From assembly GCA_951406725.2 (NCBI GenBank), contig OX597819.1:76694001-76758000 (forward strand): a stretch of 64,000 nt of DNA. The letters run 5' to 3'. The position numbers and the translations under genes are program-made. The notes under the pieces are model-generated. The model saw nothing but the letters and a program-made list of their open reading frames with translations. It did no database searches and was not told the DNA's origin. The DNA is from Octopus vulgaris (taxonomy: Eukaryota). Shown piece after piece: positions 12,728 to 26,797 of this stretch (position 1 is the first letter of the stretch; every line of letters begins with the position of its first letter).

Positions 12728-13125
12728 CAAGCCCTTCACTCTTCTCAATACAGAGTTGAAGATTTAGGCCAGGACTATTCACGATAACGTCCATCTTATG
12801 CGCTACACCATAGAGAGGATGGGTAAGGAAGCTGGCATGGGTGGGGCTCTGATCAATTTAGATCAATCTAAATCCTTTAATAGGGTCGACCATCAATACT
12901 TGGCGGCTGTCCTCAAGTTTTCCGGAGTTGGATCACTGCTTTGTACAGTGGCATCTCCACGGTTGTTCGGGTGAATGGTCACCTGCTGGAGCCATTCAGC
13001 ATCTTGCGTTCGGTCCATCAAGGGTGCCCTCTTTCCTCCCTTCTGTATGTACTGACTCTTGAGCCATTATTGTGGAAGCTGGAAGTTTTGAGGGGTGTCC
13101 TGCGTGATCTAGGTTGGTCGGGTGG
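12728..13125 (+). pseudogene. Tx1/L1-like LINE reverse transcriptase fragment
   Basis: KPFTLLNTELKI...RTIHDNVHLMRY...GALINLDQSKSFNRVDHQYL...VRVNGHL.EPF...RSVHQGCPLSSLLYVLTLEPLL. Confidence 0.9.
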
Positions 13126-15138
13126 GGCAGGGAATTTTTATTTGTCTAGTGGTTGTGGCGAAGATGTAGTAAGTGGACCCGTTTGAAAGTTCTAAATACA
13201 GGCACTTACCTCTTTGGCCAAGCCCTCATCAACTTTTTCAAGTTTCACTTGAAAATGAAGTTGGGTGGAGAAAGAAGTGTTGCCTTGTGAGGCATTGGCT
13301 ATAATGGATCTATTTCTTTATTTTTTTTCTGTGGCTCCTCTCTTCTGAGTTCAAAATCCCATTACGGCTAACTTTATCTTTCATCTCCCGAAGATTGATA
13401 CAAAAAAGTACTAACCAAATGCTGTGGTCGATATAACTGGTTTTCCCTCCCCAAAAATTTCAAGCCCTGGGTTTGCCTCAGAGGAAGTTATTTAGTTTCA
13501 TTGCTTCGCGTTTTTAGTGTTTATATTCTGTCGGCCTGAAACTTAGCATTTTATCTTCTCAGGGTCAGGTCACGTTTGGGGGCATGCGCTGTTGCAACGC
13601 GTAACTGCATCTATCGTTTGTCGGACTCTGCTCGAGTTGTCCCGAGCAACCATCCGAGTGCTTTCCCAGTCAGTTCTCATTTTCGAGAAATATTTCCTTA
13701 TCTGCCGTGACCATGAAGTATGTGGCCGACCAACACGAACCGTCAACCCAGCTGGATCCTGAGATAAATTAGAATATGAGCCAAGTGCTGGAGTTGATCA
13801 AATCGACTAACTTTTCCCATGAAATTTTTTGTCGTGTGACAATGTTAGAAATCAATTATGTCTTGTGTTTTATTTCATTCTTGTCTATCAAGCCGCAAAT
13901 TTCCATTTTTTAAACAGGAAAAGTATAGTAGATAGAATTGCTGCCGTTCTATCTTTCATTTCAAAATATCTGATTTTTTAAAAGAAAGTAGAGAACAAAA
14001 ATAAATATAATGGATTAATGAACAGCTTATTTAAGTAATTAATTTATTAATTAATGCGATGTGATTATGGGTGGCAAGGGGCGATATATCGGATATAATT
14101 GGAAACAGACGGTAGTTAAATAATTGCAAACATATGTCAATTATTTAACAGTTATTAATTACTTTGTGTCACAGGGTCAATGGTTTTTACTGTAAAGAGA
14201 TATAGTCATGATTAGTACATTATTACTAATTAATTTATCTACTACAAGGAAATTAAAGGTAAAGTCAATTATACAAATAATACATTTATAACAGCGTCTA
14301 ACGCGAATAATTGGTTAAATCGTTTTCGGTAATTCTCCCTTGTCTCTGCGTTTGATTCCAACGAAAATCAACTTTGCTGTTCATCCTTCGGTGGAAAACA
14401 GATATAGTACCAGTCCAGATCGGTGGATTTACAAAATTTCTAGACTGTGCGACGAGGTGCTTTGTGCTATGACTTCCGGATTTGTAACTCGAGTTCAAAT
14501 TTCGCCTAGGCTGAGATAATCAGAACTAATCATCTGATTACAAGAACACACTGTCCACCTGGTAATTGGCTAGCGTAGATAGATCAGATAAGCCAGAAAC
14601 GGCATGCTGAGGTTTTATCCAATGATAAATTGATAACGAGAGAATGAAATAAATATCTAGTATCTTACATCTTGTTATTTGGCCCACTTGAGGAATAACA
14701 TTTACCAGATGGTTACCGTTCAAATCATGAAAGATTATTTGTAAATATCTGAGAGTAAGGAACTACTGGAGATAAAGAAATGTAGCAAAATGAATAATGA
14801 ACCTTTCAGTTTCAAATATGGATTTTGGTTCAAAATTATAATTTTGTTGTAATAGACAGGCCGCTGATCAGCTCTGATTTCAGTAAACTTATGTTCAAAG
14901 ACTTTCCAGCCCAAACTATGCTTTCCTTCTGTATATCATAACCTGTTTTGTCTTATGTGTATTTCTTCAATTAAAGGTGTTGAGTGGGATTTGTCGAAGA
15001 TTTAGTGGCTTATTTTAGCGCTCCAAAATTATGAGTGTATGGTATGGAAACACCGTAAGATAATACACTATTGAAAAAATGCAGAGATTGATATTTTACC
15101 TTCTAATATTTTGACAACGATATTTTAGAACAATTAGA

Positions 15139-16192
15139 AGACGGCGAGCTCGCAGAATCGTTAGCATGCCTAGCGATATGCTTGGCAGCATTTAGTCCGT
15201 CTTTAAGTCTTGAGTTTAAATTCCTCCAAGTTCAGCCTTGCCTTTCATCCTTTCGGAGTGGATCAAATAAGTACTAGCTGTGCACTGGGATCGATGTAAT
15301 CGACTTGCCCGTTCCCCAAAATTACTCATCAAAATTTGAAACCAATATTTTAGAACAACAATAATAATAATAATAATAATAATAATAATTTTTTCTAACT
15401 TTGAGACCAACAACTTTGAGAGGAAGGTCAAGTTGATTACATAGACCCTAGTGCCGAACTGGTACTTTATTTTCTCGACCTGCAACCCCGTAAGGAGGAA
15501 AGACAATACTTATTTCTACGACATTTGGACTCAGAACGTAAAGAGATGGAAGAAATGCTTCTAAGCAATTTTTTCTGACTCGAACACTTATAACAATAAT
15601 GATTTCAAATTTTGGCACAAGGGCAGCAATTTCGGGAAAGGGGACTAGTCGATTACATCGACCCCATTGTTTAACTGGTACTTATCTTATCGACCTTGAA
15701 AGGACGAAGGGCAAACTCGACCTCGGTGGTATTGGAACTCAGAACGTACACATAGACGGAATGTCCGAAACATTTTGCCCGGCGTGCTAGCGATTCTGCC
15801 GGCTGGCCGCCTTGATACTTATGATAATAATCCTTGGTACAATAGGCACAAGGCCTGAAATTTGTTGGGAGGGGACTAATCGATTACATCGACCCCAGTG
15901 TTCCACAAGTACTTAATTCATCGACCCCTTAGCTGAATTTCAACTCAGAACGTAGCGACGGGTGAAATACCCATTTCATTACTTCCCACAAAGGGCTAAA
16001 CACAGAGAGGACAAACAAGGACAAACAAACGGATTAAGTCGATTATATCCACTCCAGTGCGTAACTGGTACTTAATTAATCGACCCCGAAAGGATGAAAG
16101 GCAAAGTCGACCCAGGCGGAATTTGAACTCAGTACGTAGCGGCAGACGAAATACCGCAACGGCGTCCTAACGTTTCTGCCAGCTCGCCGCCT
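15139..16192. mobile_element. Cluster of about five SINE family B copies in both orientations
   Basis: + copy 15139-15345; - copies ~15400-15570, 15600-15812, 15835-15970 and 15975-16192, separated by (AAT)n. Confidence 0.88.
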
Positions 16193-16434
16193 TATAATAA
16201 TAATAAAATATGTTTCGAACTAGAGATACAGCGATTTAAGTCTACGTTCAGGACAAAAATTACAGTTTATTCCTTTATTGATTTGCCCTGGGTCAGCCCT
16301 GCCTGAACAAGTAGCCCTGTGGTCAAGGTTATTTCCTTTCGTTATGATTGTCCTCTATCTTTTACATTGAAACACACTGTACTTGGGATAAAAGTATACT
16401 ATTTGTCCATCCTTGTGAAAAAGATGTTTAAGGC

Positions 16435-16815
16435 ATAAGAAACTTCTTCTCAAACATATGGTTCCGGGTTCAGTCCCATTCTGTAGCACTTTGGGCAAGT
16501 GTCTTCTACTACAGCCTCTGGCCGACCACAGCTTTGTGAGTAGATTTGTTAGGCGGAAATTAAGAGGGGCCCGTCGCATGTGTGTGTGTGTGTGCGTGTG
16601 TGTGTATGTGTGCGTATGTTTGTCCCTCACCACCGCTTGACAAAAGATGTTGGTGTGTTTACGTCCCGGTAACTTAGCGGTTCGGCCAAAGAGTTCGATG
16701 GGATAAGTACTAGGCTTTTAAAAAAAAGTACTTGTGTCGATTCATTCTACTAAAATTTCTTCAAGGTGGTGCCCCAGCATGGGCGCGGTTTAATGACAAA
16801 GACAAGTATAAAATA
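16435..16815 (+). mobile_element. SINE family A
   Basis: Aligns by eye to 51294-51705. Confidence 0.9.
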
Positions 16816-17738
16816 AAAGTCAGTCGACCCGGTAGAAGTTTGTTTTCTCTTTGGCTTGAAAGGTAACATCATTGGCAAAAATAACCGAACCACTCATGAA
16901 AAACGAAAACAGCAAAAGATATGACAGTAATACGAACAGAAACAATTAACAAAACGACAGGTTGCTGTTCTCCATTAAACCGATCCCAATGCCAGACCGG
17001 CATATTCTTGTCTCGACCTCCAGCAAGATTCAAAGCAAAGTTGACGGCGGTGTTGTTCGAAATCAGAACGTAACGAAACAGAAAGATAATACTATAAGGT
17101 ATTTTGCTCGAAAATCTAAAAGAGTCCCTGAAAACGGATGGATTGATGAAAGAATCATAATTTAAGACGTACTTTATATATAGCATTCATTTTCAAAAAG
17201 ATATGAAGATTTTATGAAAATGCTACTGATTAAATACATTACAATCTATCTATATGTAATAGATACAAGCACATTTTAATAGTTTACGAATCCTCCTATA
17301 ACACTAATTCAAATAAAACCATTTAAAAGAGAAATCTTTTCATTCACTCGAATCTATCTATTCAAATATATTCAAGATATATGTCTTTGAAGTATAATCG
17401 AACAATTTATATCCGTATGTTCATAAAACTGATAACATACGGACAGTCTACAAAATATCTATCATCGACAGTTTCTGGTGTATTTCAAAAGTTTATGTCT
17501 TTTATATTATACGTATACAAAATAGAACGGTATTTATTCATTAAATTATCTATTCTAGCCGCAGTTGGTGAATATCAATGTCACTGATTCAAGTTTTTAG
17601 CGGGCCAATGATTGGTGCGTTGCATATTGACCGTGGGAGTGGCAATTAAACGCCTGTTTAACAAAATAATGAAGTAACTTCCTCCTGAAAGCTTTGGCTT
17701 TTAGAATTCAGCTTTCTCCTCAACGTTTTCATCTTTCA

Positions 17739-17810
<72 letters not shown>

Positions 17811-17961
17811 TTTGGTAAAAGGAAACACAAAAGATGGAACCCAACTCACGAATATACATAAACACTTTTACTAATTTCAATCCGCAGAAAGTTAAAAAAT
17901 TAACATAAGAGCTGAGAAATTTATCGTTGGGCCATGTTACACACACACATACACACACACG

Positions 17962-18017
<56 letters not shown>

Positions 18018-18079
18018 CATACATATATTTATATATGTACACACACAAAACCAAATATGGTTGTGTCAACCTGTGCGTA

Positions 18080-19220
18080 TGCAAGGTTGGGCTGGAAAGC
18101 TCATAGCCTTGGTATGGATGAGTGATACAAGAGCTGTGAAATCTTGCATGCATTCGTTTCACCTCTTTTCTTTTTTTATTAATACCTGCATCGTTTAATT
18201 TCAGGTAAACTGATATCTCACCTTTTAAAGAAAGCTTCAAAAGTAACAAGTAGCGACGTTTCTTGAAAAATCAACAAAATTTGGCATCGTCTTGTTATCA
18301 AGTACCTCAAGGAAAACGGTTTAGACAACATTCATGCTGATATAGTTACTAAATTAGGGGATAGCGCTGTAGATTATCAACAGTGTAAAAGTGAGCAGCT
18401 GAATTTAGGAGGAGAACAGAGAGTCTTGAAGATGACCCAATGTCTGGTCGTTTGGCAACTGCGGCCACCGAGGAAAATGTTGATCGCTTTCATTACACGC
18501 TGAAAGATAACAGATGATTAGCTATAAAGGAAATAGCCAACGCTATTAGCATATCACGTGAGAGAGCTGACAATATTTAGCATGACGAAGTTTTCTGCTC
18601 GGTAGATCCACGTCTTCTGACACCTGATCAAAAGTTCACCAGGCTGAGAACATCTCGGGGAAATCTGACAATGTTTCAGGTAGATCCAGCTGTTTTATTG
18701 AACGCTTCGTAACTTAGGATGGGTGTTGGGTTCATCAATTTGAGCCAGAGGCAAATAGACAAGCCATGCAGTGGAAATACACTTCACCTGTTTTAATGAA
18801 GGCCAATATCGTTTCATTTGCTGGGGTGATGGCCTTAATATTTTGGGATACAAAAGGTTTGCTCTTATTTCCTGCCTTCAAAAAGGGTCACTCAGTCAAT
18901 GGAGTGTACCATGTCAACTTGTTGAGATTGTTACGAAAGGCTATCAACATCAAACTTTTAGGAAAACTGAGGAAAGTGCTCTTGTTTCATCAGGATATTG
19001 CTCCAGTACACAATTCCTTGGTTTCAATGACTGCTGTGTGTGACCGTGACTTTGAACTGGTCATCAACCTACTTTCTTATCCGATTTGGCCCCATCTGGA
19101 TAACATCTTTTCCCCAACATGAAAAATCACTTGGCTAAGAACCAGTATAGCAGTGATGATGATATCATATCTGCTATTGATGACTTCTTTGAATAACAGG
19201 ATGAAAACATCTTCACCAAT
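18080..19220 (+). mobile_element. Mariner transposon relic, 3'-truncated
   Basis: TA plus TIR-like start; broken frames with WVHQFEPE, MQWK, VMALIFWD.KG, HQDIAPVH and a degenerate YSPDLAP region. Confidence 0.9.
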
Positions 19221-20072
19221 GATGTGTGTGTGAGTGTGTAATATATAAAACCTTGATATTTAAGCATATTTAAAAGCACAGCTGACATATAAGCTTTATA
19301 ACTATCTCTTTCTTAAGCACATATATATTTATCCGCTTTTAATAACACACACATACATTCACACACACACACACACAGACACACACACACACATTAACTC
19401 TCTTTCATTCTCAGACATAATCTCTCAATTTCTCTTTCTCTCTCCTTCTTTCTCCTTCTTTCTGTCCCTGATTCTCTCTTTCTCTCTTAATCTCTTTCTT
19501 TCTGTAAACCCAGCCTCGTAAGAAACAAAATGTCTGCTTCCAGCCTCACTTCAACCATAATTGACGACTACTCCTTAATAGTGTTTAAAAATTGGAGAAT
19601 ATTGATTCTGAAAAGTCCATTACAGCTGACTACTCTAATATGGAAATCACATGGAATGAGTAAGAACCGTACTTTCAGTCATTAGACAATAATAATTGCC
19701 CGACAATTTCTGATAACACCATTGGAATTCTGGCCCAAATTGAATTTTGATTAGGCATGTTTTAGAAACGGACTCTTATAGTATAATTGGAGTCATTTCT
19801 GCTAACAAGAGAACGACGAACGAAAGCTCTTGGACTGTTACTCACTAATTCCCTACTGCTGATTGAATTATAGAAATTTTCTTTTAATCTACTCAGTTGC
19901 AGGTGGTTCAGGAGGCATGGAGAAGTTGAAGTTAATTTGAAATACGCATAATACGTCCATATTGGACCAATGAATTGGTTTATAATGAAATACTTAATTA
20001 TGGTGTGTAGGAATATACATACTTGTATGTATATATTTATATATATAAATACATACCTACCTACCTATATAC

Positions 20073-20120
<48 letters not shown>

Positions 20121-20126
20121 TGTCAC

Positions 20127-20233
<107 letters not shown>

Positions 20234-20253
20234 TGTATGTCCATACACACACA

Positions 20254-20330
<77 letters not shown>

Positions 20331-21803
20331 TGCACCTATAGGCACAATGCCCGAAATTTGGGGAGGAGGGGCCAGTCGATTAGATCGACCCCAGTACGCA
20401 ACTGGTACTTAATTTAGTGATCCCGAAAAAATGAAAGTCAAAGTTGACCTCGGCGACATATACACAGATATATACAGATATATAAGATATACACAGATAT
20501 ACATGCATTTCCCAAATAACTTTGTACTCTTTTTTAAAAGCTCAGAAGAAGCTATTAGCTGATGTATGAGTAGTCAGCTCTGAATGCACAGCATTTTATA
20601 GCAGAAACAGTTATAAGCTTATGACGTTCATTGTATAATTTATTGTTCCCTTTTCATTTATTCAATTTTATATATGTGTGTGTGTGTATGTGTGTGTGTA
20701 TGAGTGTGTGTGCGTGATGTAGGGCGTGTATGCGATGTGTAGGCACAGGTGTTCATAATGTAAGTGTATGGGTGCTTGTTGCGGCATGAATGCAATGTCA
20801 CTGAAATATACTGAAATACTCCATGTAAGATAAGTCATACTAATATAGAACGATATGAATAAATTATACTTTTCAAGATTATTATTGTTTTAACTGGTTA
20901 ATTCAGAAGAGCAAGGGTAGTGCCCATGACATTTTATAGGGTCCCCAAATTTGTGAGAGGAAGATATTCTTTAGACGGAAGATCCAGCGTTAATGCATGC
21001 AACAGAATGTACTTCCCTACGAAATCGCAATGACTAGGCAGCGGGGTTAAATCGAGTGGCGAATTAACTCAACCAACTACAGCTCATCTTTTGCCTCCGC
21101 TCGTCTCTCTAGATCAGCCATGGTCAACATGAGGCCAGTAGGATTGCCTGAAAGACATGCCTAGCGAAAAATTATCTTCACTTTTTTTAGTAGTGTTCAC
21201 TCACCTTCTGGGCCATGTCTCGTAAAAACCGTGCCCATGCTGACTCTTTAATGTATGTCTCTTTAATGTTTCAGACAATGGTCGAACATATAAACGTTCT
21301 TTTGTAAAGTTTGTTTCTTAAAATTTAACAAAAGAGATATATTAACTGTAGCCGAGGGAAGTCAAGTTTAATCTCTCGTAGAAAATTATGAAAGTTCCAA
21401 ACGTTTCTTGGAAATAGTATATGGCAAATTGAAATGTTGTTTACGTAAATTCTGAAAATACGAAGATGGAACACGCTATTATATATATATATATATAATC
21501 CAGATACAATATTAGCATGTTTTTTTCTTGTATTGTCTGTGAGAGATTGTGTGATTGTAAACATAAATAGAAACTTGGATAATGCAGTTTTCGTAAAATA
21601 GAATTTTATTAACTCTCTATACATCGTAGATATAAGAATATAATACGATATATTGTATAATATAATATAATATAATATAATATAATATAATATATGATAA
21701 TATATATTATATGAATTGTTCTTTGGTAAGGATATATAGAAAAATAAAGGTTCATATCAAACTGCCTAACAATCACCTTGAGATTTATATTGATATATAC
21801 ATA

Positions 21804-23174
21804 CGAAGGTTGGTTGACAAGTTCATAGGCTGACCCTTGTACTCTCATGAAATTTGACGAAACGAGATTTATTTTTCAATAAAGTCCAACTTGTGGTCCA
21901 CATACTTCTTCCATCGCTGTTGCTGTTCTTTGATCCCTTTGATCAAGAGGCTTTCACCCTGTTGGTCAAAGAAGTCCTCAACAGCAGATATGACTCCGCC
22001 TTCACTGCGATAGAGATTCCCAGCCAAGTAGGTTCTTTTAGGTTGGGCAAAAAGATGATAGTCAGATGGGCCAAATCAGGAGAATTGATGGGATGGGGAT
22101 GATCAACACGTTCAAAGCCACTGCCATGTACAGCAGCCATTGAAAGCATAGACGTGTGTGCTAGAGCGTTGTCCTGATGAAGCAAAACCAATTTCGTTAG
22201 TTTTCCTGTGTGTTTGGTCTTGATAACCTTTTGTAACGGCTTCTGCAACTTGCTATGCTACTTTCAATTGAAGTTGGGGCTATTTTGAAGATAGATAATA
22301 AACACAATTCGATTTACATACCAAAAAAATGAGACCATCATCTTCCCTGTGGATGAAACGATCTTGGCCTTCTTGGGAGCAGATGAGGAGGTGTTTTCCC
22401 CCACTGCATCGAGTCTCTCTTTGTCTCTGACTCAAACTGATGAAGCCAACATCCATCTTGAGTTAGGAAACGATCAAGGAAACCAGTTGGATCTGGCTGA
22501 AACAATGTCAGATTTTCTCGTGATGCGCTCAGCCTGGTGTGCTTTTGATCAAGTTTCAGACATAGTACCCACCGAGCAGAAACCGTCGTCATGCCAATTT
22601 CATTATGCAAAATAAGAACAACTCTCTCGTAATACATACACAGCATCGAGTGGTGAATTAACTCAACCAATCACAGCTCACCTTTTGTCTCCGCTCGTCT
22701 CTCTATATCAGCCATGGTCAACACGAGGCCAGCTTTATAATCAATCGGCTGTCATCCATCAGCATGTGATGAAGGCGATCAATGTTTTCCTCGGTGGTGG
22801 CAGTTGTAGGGCGCCCAGACCTTGGATCATCTTCAAGACTTTCCGTTCCCCTCCTAAATTCAACTGCCCCTGTATAGTTGATAGAACTGGAGCGTCATCC
22901 TCTAATGTAGCTACCATGTTCGTATGCATGTCGTTGGGGTCTAAACCCTTTTTCTTCGGGTACTTGTTAACACGACGATGCGAAGTCTTGTCAATTTTCA
23001 AGAGGCGTCGCTACTAGTTACTTTTGAAGTGTTCTTTAAGGAGTCAGATGTCGGTTTATCTGTTAAGAAAGAATACAGTTATGAATAAGGAGAGTTGAAA
23101 TGAATGTATGCAAGATTTTACAGCTTTAACATCCTGTTTGATAGTCATCCTGTGGACTTTGGATCCCACCCTCG
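21804..23174 (-). mobile_element. Near full-length degenerate mariner (same family as 18080-19220)
   Basis: Imperfect TIRs (CGAAGGTTGGTTGACAAGTTCATAGGCTGAC / GTCATCCTGTGGACTTTGGATCCCACCCTCG) with TA on both sides. Frames include VSARWV, WLHQFESE, HQDNALAH and SPDLAHL; multiple frameshifts. Confidence 0.92.
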
Positions 23175-23416
23175 TAGATTGCATATATCTCCACTGGACC
23201 GAAATGTTGCAAAACAGTAAGGAATCTCGGCGTTTGAAAAGCACAGCCCCGAAGCATATTGAAGAATAGCCATATATTCTACATACATGGCTCACATTGT
23301 AGATTGAAATAAAATATGTATAAAGGCCAGTATATATATTCCATTACATGGCTTCATAACTGCTGATGCCAAGACCCACAGCCCGGTCGAGAGTTTTACT
23401 AGATTATCGTATGTGT

Positions 23417-23417
23417 G

Positions 23418-23484
<67 letters not shown>
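23417..23484. repeat. (GCGT)n microsatellite
   Basis: Direct reading. Confidence 0.95.
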
Positions 23485-23485
<1 letters not shown>

Positions 23486-23787
23486 AGTGCATACATGCGT
23501 ATGACAGATGCAATTTCGGAAATAAAACTTATATTTATAAACTCTTTTGCGAAATACCACTTTATATGTAGATGTACATGAATCGATAAATGAAACAACA
23601 AACATATAGATCAATAGATTTGTTACATTGGCAGATAGACGAGAGTGGATGAGAACTATTTAGATAGACATTTGTCGAAATGAATTTAGTAAATGTATAT
23701 GGCCGTAGACATATATACACACACACACTCACACACACATACATACAAATATATCGACATGTATATACATATATTCATGTATGAATG

Positions 23788-23835
<48 letters not shown>

Positions 23836-23869
23836 TATATATATATGTATGTATGTATAAATATATAAG

Positions 23870-24469
23870 TGCTACTGGTATAATGGAATTCAGTACAACC
23901 TGTTGCATGGTCGGGTTGTCAGTGACATTAAACCGGCATTCCCACCAGGCTATCCTGGTGAGGAGGGTTGCTAGAAACCCAGCAGGATTAAAAACAAGAC
24001 CTGCTGAAAGGTCGGATGAACCTAGTGCAGGCTCAAAGGCTATCTATAAATAGCACTGGTACGCAGAATTTCCGGGATGGTGTCCGGCGTGTTGAAAGAT
24101 CACTGGTAGTGAGTCATCCCTCAGCTTCTGTTAAACTATGTCTCTAGGAGAAGGTCACACTGATGCAAAACCAGATATGCAGCGAATGGCATTGGGCATT
24201 TTATGGATCTTTCGTTTGTGTTAGAGATCATGGTGCATCCACATCCCCGAGCCTGCGACTCATACTGGCACCGGACATCTTGTTCTGGCTTGTCTCTAGA
24301 TAATGTCACTAAAGTGGAGAGGGTCTATGAGGTGTCGTGCAAGTCTTATTGGATCTAAAATTCTGCACAGGCATTGCTGACCTCTGTTCGATATGTGCTA
24401 CTTTTTTTCCTGTATATATTAATTTTATTTTCAGTATACGTGTATCTTTATTTTTAGCATATATTACAT

Positions 24470-24500
<31 letters not shown>

Positions 24501-24800
24501 GTATATATTCATTTTATTTTTATTCGGAACACCTGCGACGATGGGAAGTTGGTGGAGCATGCCGACCTGATGTAGTCAGCGATCTGCACGTAGGCAGCCT
24601 ATGCTAGATATAAAGTCATTTTCTTGTCGCCCTAGACAGCGGTAGGATTTGGTTGCTGCATGGGATTCTGGGCAGCTCCATTTGGAGAAGGCACTGCTAA
24701 CTCGGAAGCCGGAGAGATTCTAGAAAAGGTGAACCAAAAATTGCCCATCTTTCTATATCTGGTCTGCTTAGCACGGATGTCCAACATGCGCTCAAATAAC
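23870..24800 (+). mobile_element. Two GC-richer segments resembling RTE-type LINE 5' UTRs
   Basis: Elevated GC, multiple hairpins, and GGAGAAGG motifs (24147, 24684) recalled from RTE 5' UTRs; no ORF evidence. Confidence 0.35.
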
Positions 24801-24862
24801 AAAGAGACTTTTATTTACAAAATCTGGATGGAAGTTGAACATTTCATGTTGTCTGTATATGC

Positions 24863-24917
<55 letters not shown>

Positions 24918-26797
24918 GGAACGTATCATGTATACAAGAAGAAATACGAGTCAGTAGAAATAGAGAAAGAAAGAGCGGTAGTTTCGTATTTAAAAATACG
25001 AGTAGTTGAATTCATCGATTGATGTGAAGTTGAAGATAACAAAATCTTCGATTTCTAAAGAACTTCTCCGATATTGAATCTTTAAAATGCTTTCCTAATA
25101 ACTCCCTCAATGGACGTGAATATCTGTTATAGAAAGCAAATCGTAGGATTAGCGAAACGGAACATGATATGAAAGCCGAAAGCAACTTAATATAAAGTAC
25201 TTTAGATAATTACTTTGGATTAATGTAAGAACTCACTTAAAGAAATCCGAGAACTGGTCAACACGATTCAGTAATGGGCAAATATTGGTCATTAGTAAAA
25301 TGACCTTATTTGATTGAGTTCAACTAAGTGAATGTGCTTTATAAGTGTTTTTAAAGATTTAATGCTTTTTATATTTGAAAATAAAAGAGTAGGATTCTTA
25401 ACTGTAACACAAGAAATAGGTCTTGCGTTGCTTTCTTTCTTTCTCTGTTTGGCTTAGAGGAGGAGGAGGAGGAGATGATGGTAGTTTTGGTGGTGGTGGA
25501 TTAGCAGCGGCAGCTGCATTAGTGTCTCTGTCTCTGAAGGAGGAAATGTAGACTTATTCCGACACAAGACACTGGATCCCAGTGAATGGATTTTATTAAG
25601 CCCTTAATAATTTCCCGTTTTATTTTAAACCTAAAATACACAGGATGGATGAGCAATTAATAGATTCATTTGTGTGTATGTGTGTGTGTGTATACACATG
25701 TCTGTGCGTGTAAGTGTATGTATGCATAAGCATCTACATAGATTACACACAAGCAAACAAAAGTTCGTTTTTGATTATGTACTAAACTGGTTCTGTTTAA
25801 TACGCACCCAGAGACAGATGTTAAAGATCGTATCAAACCGAACGAGTAGCGGATACGTTTCAGCACACAACAGCAGTTACAATCCATCTCACGGCCTTTC
25901 TAACAGCTTTCGTATGCACAATATTATTCATAACGAAGCTTCTATCAACACATCGTTATATAGAGTCATGACCAAATATCTGTGTATATATGTGCGTTTT
26001 GGCAAAGATCCTTAGCAGTAGACCAGTTGTTGCGCATGCAAACGACACCTTGCTATGCCACTAGTGTTATCCACAAACAAAGATCTTTACAGCTTGGCAC
26101 AAGTGTCGTAGCAAGTGTTGCAGCTTCAACGCAAAGATCTGGTAAAGATACTTCAAAGTATCTCATCCTACACCTGAAAATGTCCACCGATCCACAATCT
26201 TGGAGCGGTATTTTTTTTTACCTATTCTAACCGTTTGAAAAGCAAACTTCCCCTCAGCTGGATTAGAATTCAGTGTCCAGAAAGTTAAAATAAATACTGG
26301 AAGGGCAGGACAGGGATTCTATCGAACGTTTCTTATTACTCTGCCAATTCGCGAATGACTCAATGGTATGATAATTAAAATATGTTTGACCAAAGTGTCA
26401 CGCAATAAAATCCAAAACGAAACCGTCGGATTTGGAAAGCAACTTTAAAACTGTACGCTTTCCTTTACGCCCACATTACTTTCCAAGATCTTCATTAAAT
26501 CTTTAGATTTAGTAACATGGAAAAGCAATTAGCAGTTTTATATGCATGGTTATTTCTGAATTATATACCTTTAACACCTCTTGCTCATATTTTGCAGAAG
26601 CTAATCAAGTATCCTAAACTCTCTAATTATGGTAACTAAATTTAATTTATCAATCGTTATTGAATTTAACAAATCGTGGGATTAGAATTGCGCTGATATA
26701 TTTATCACTAACTGCTGACGTCAGTATTATAAACTTTATGTGTGTCTGCTTATAATGAATGTAAATGACGACATATATACATGTACATACACACATA

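Noticed and set aside
15139-16192. CRISPR-like recurring motifs (GTCGATTACATCGACCC, GAACTCAGAACGTA)
   Set aside because: Irregular spacing, mixed orientation, no unique spacers or cas genes; these are SINE copies in a eukaryotic context.
21149-21170. TGAAAGACATG, matching the start of miR-71 as I recall it
   Set aside because: Only 11 nt match, the 3' half diverges and no precursor hairpin is evident.
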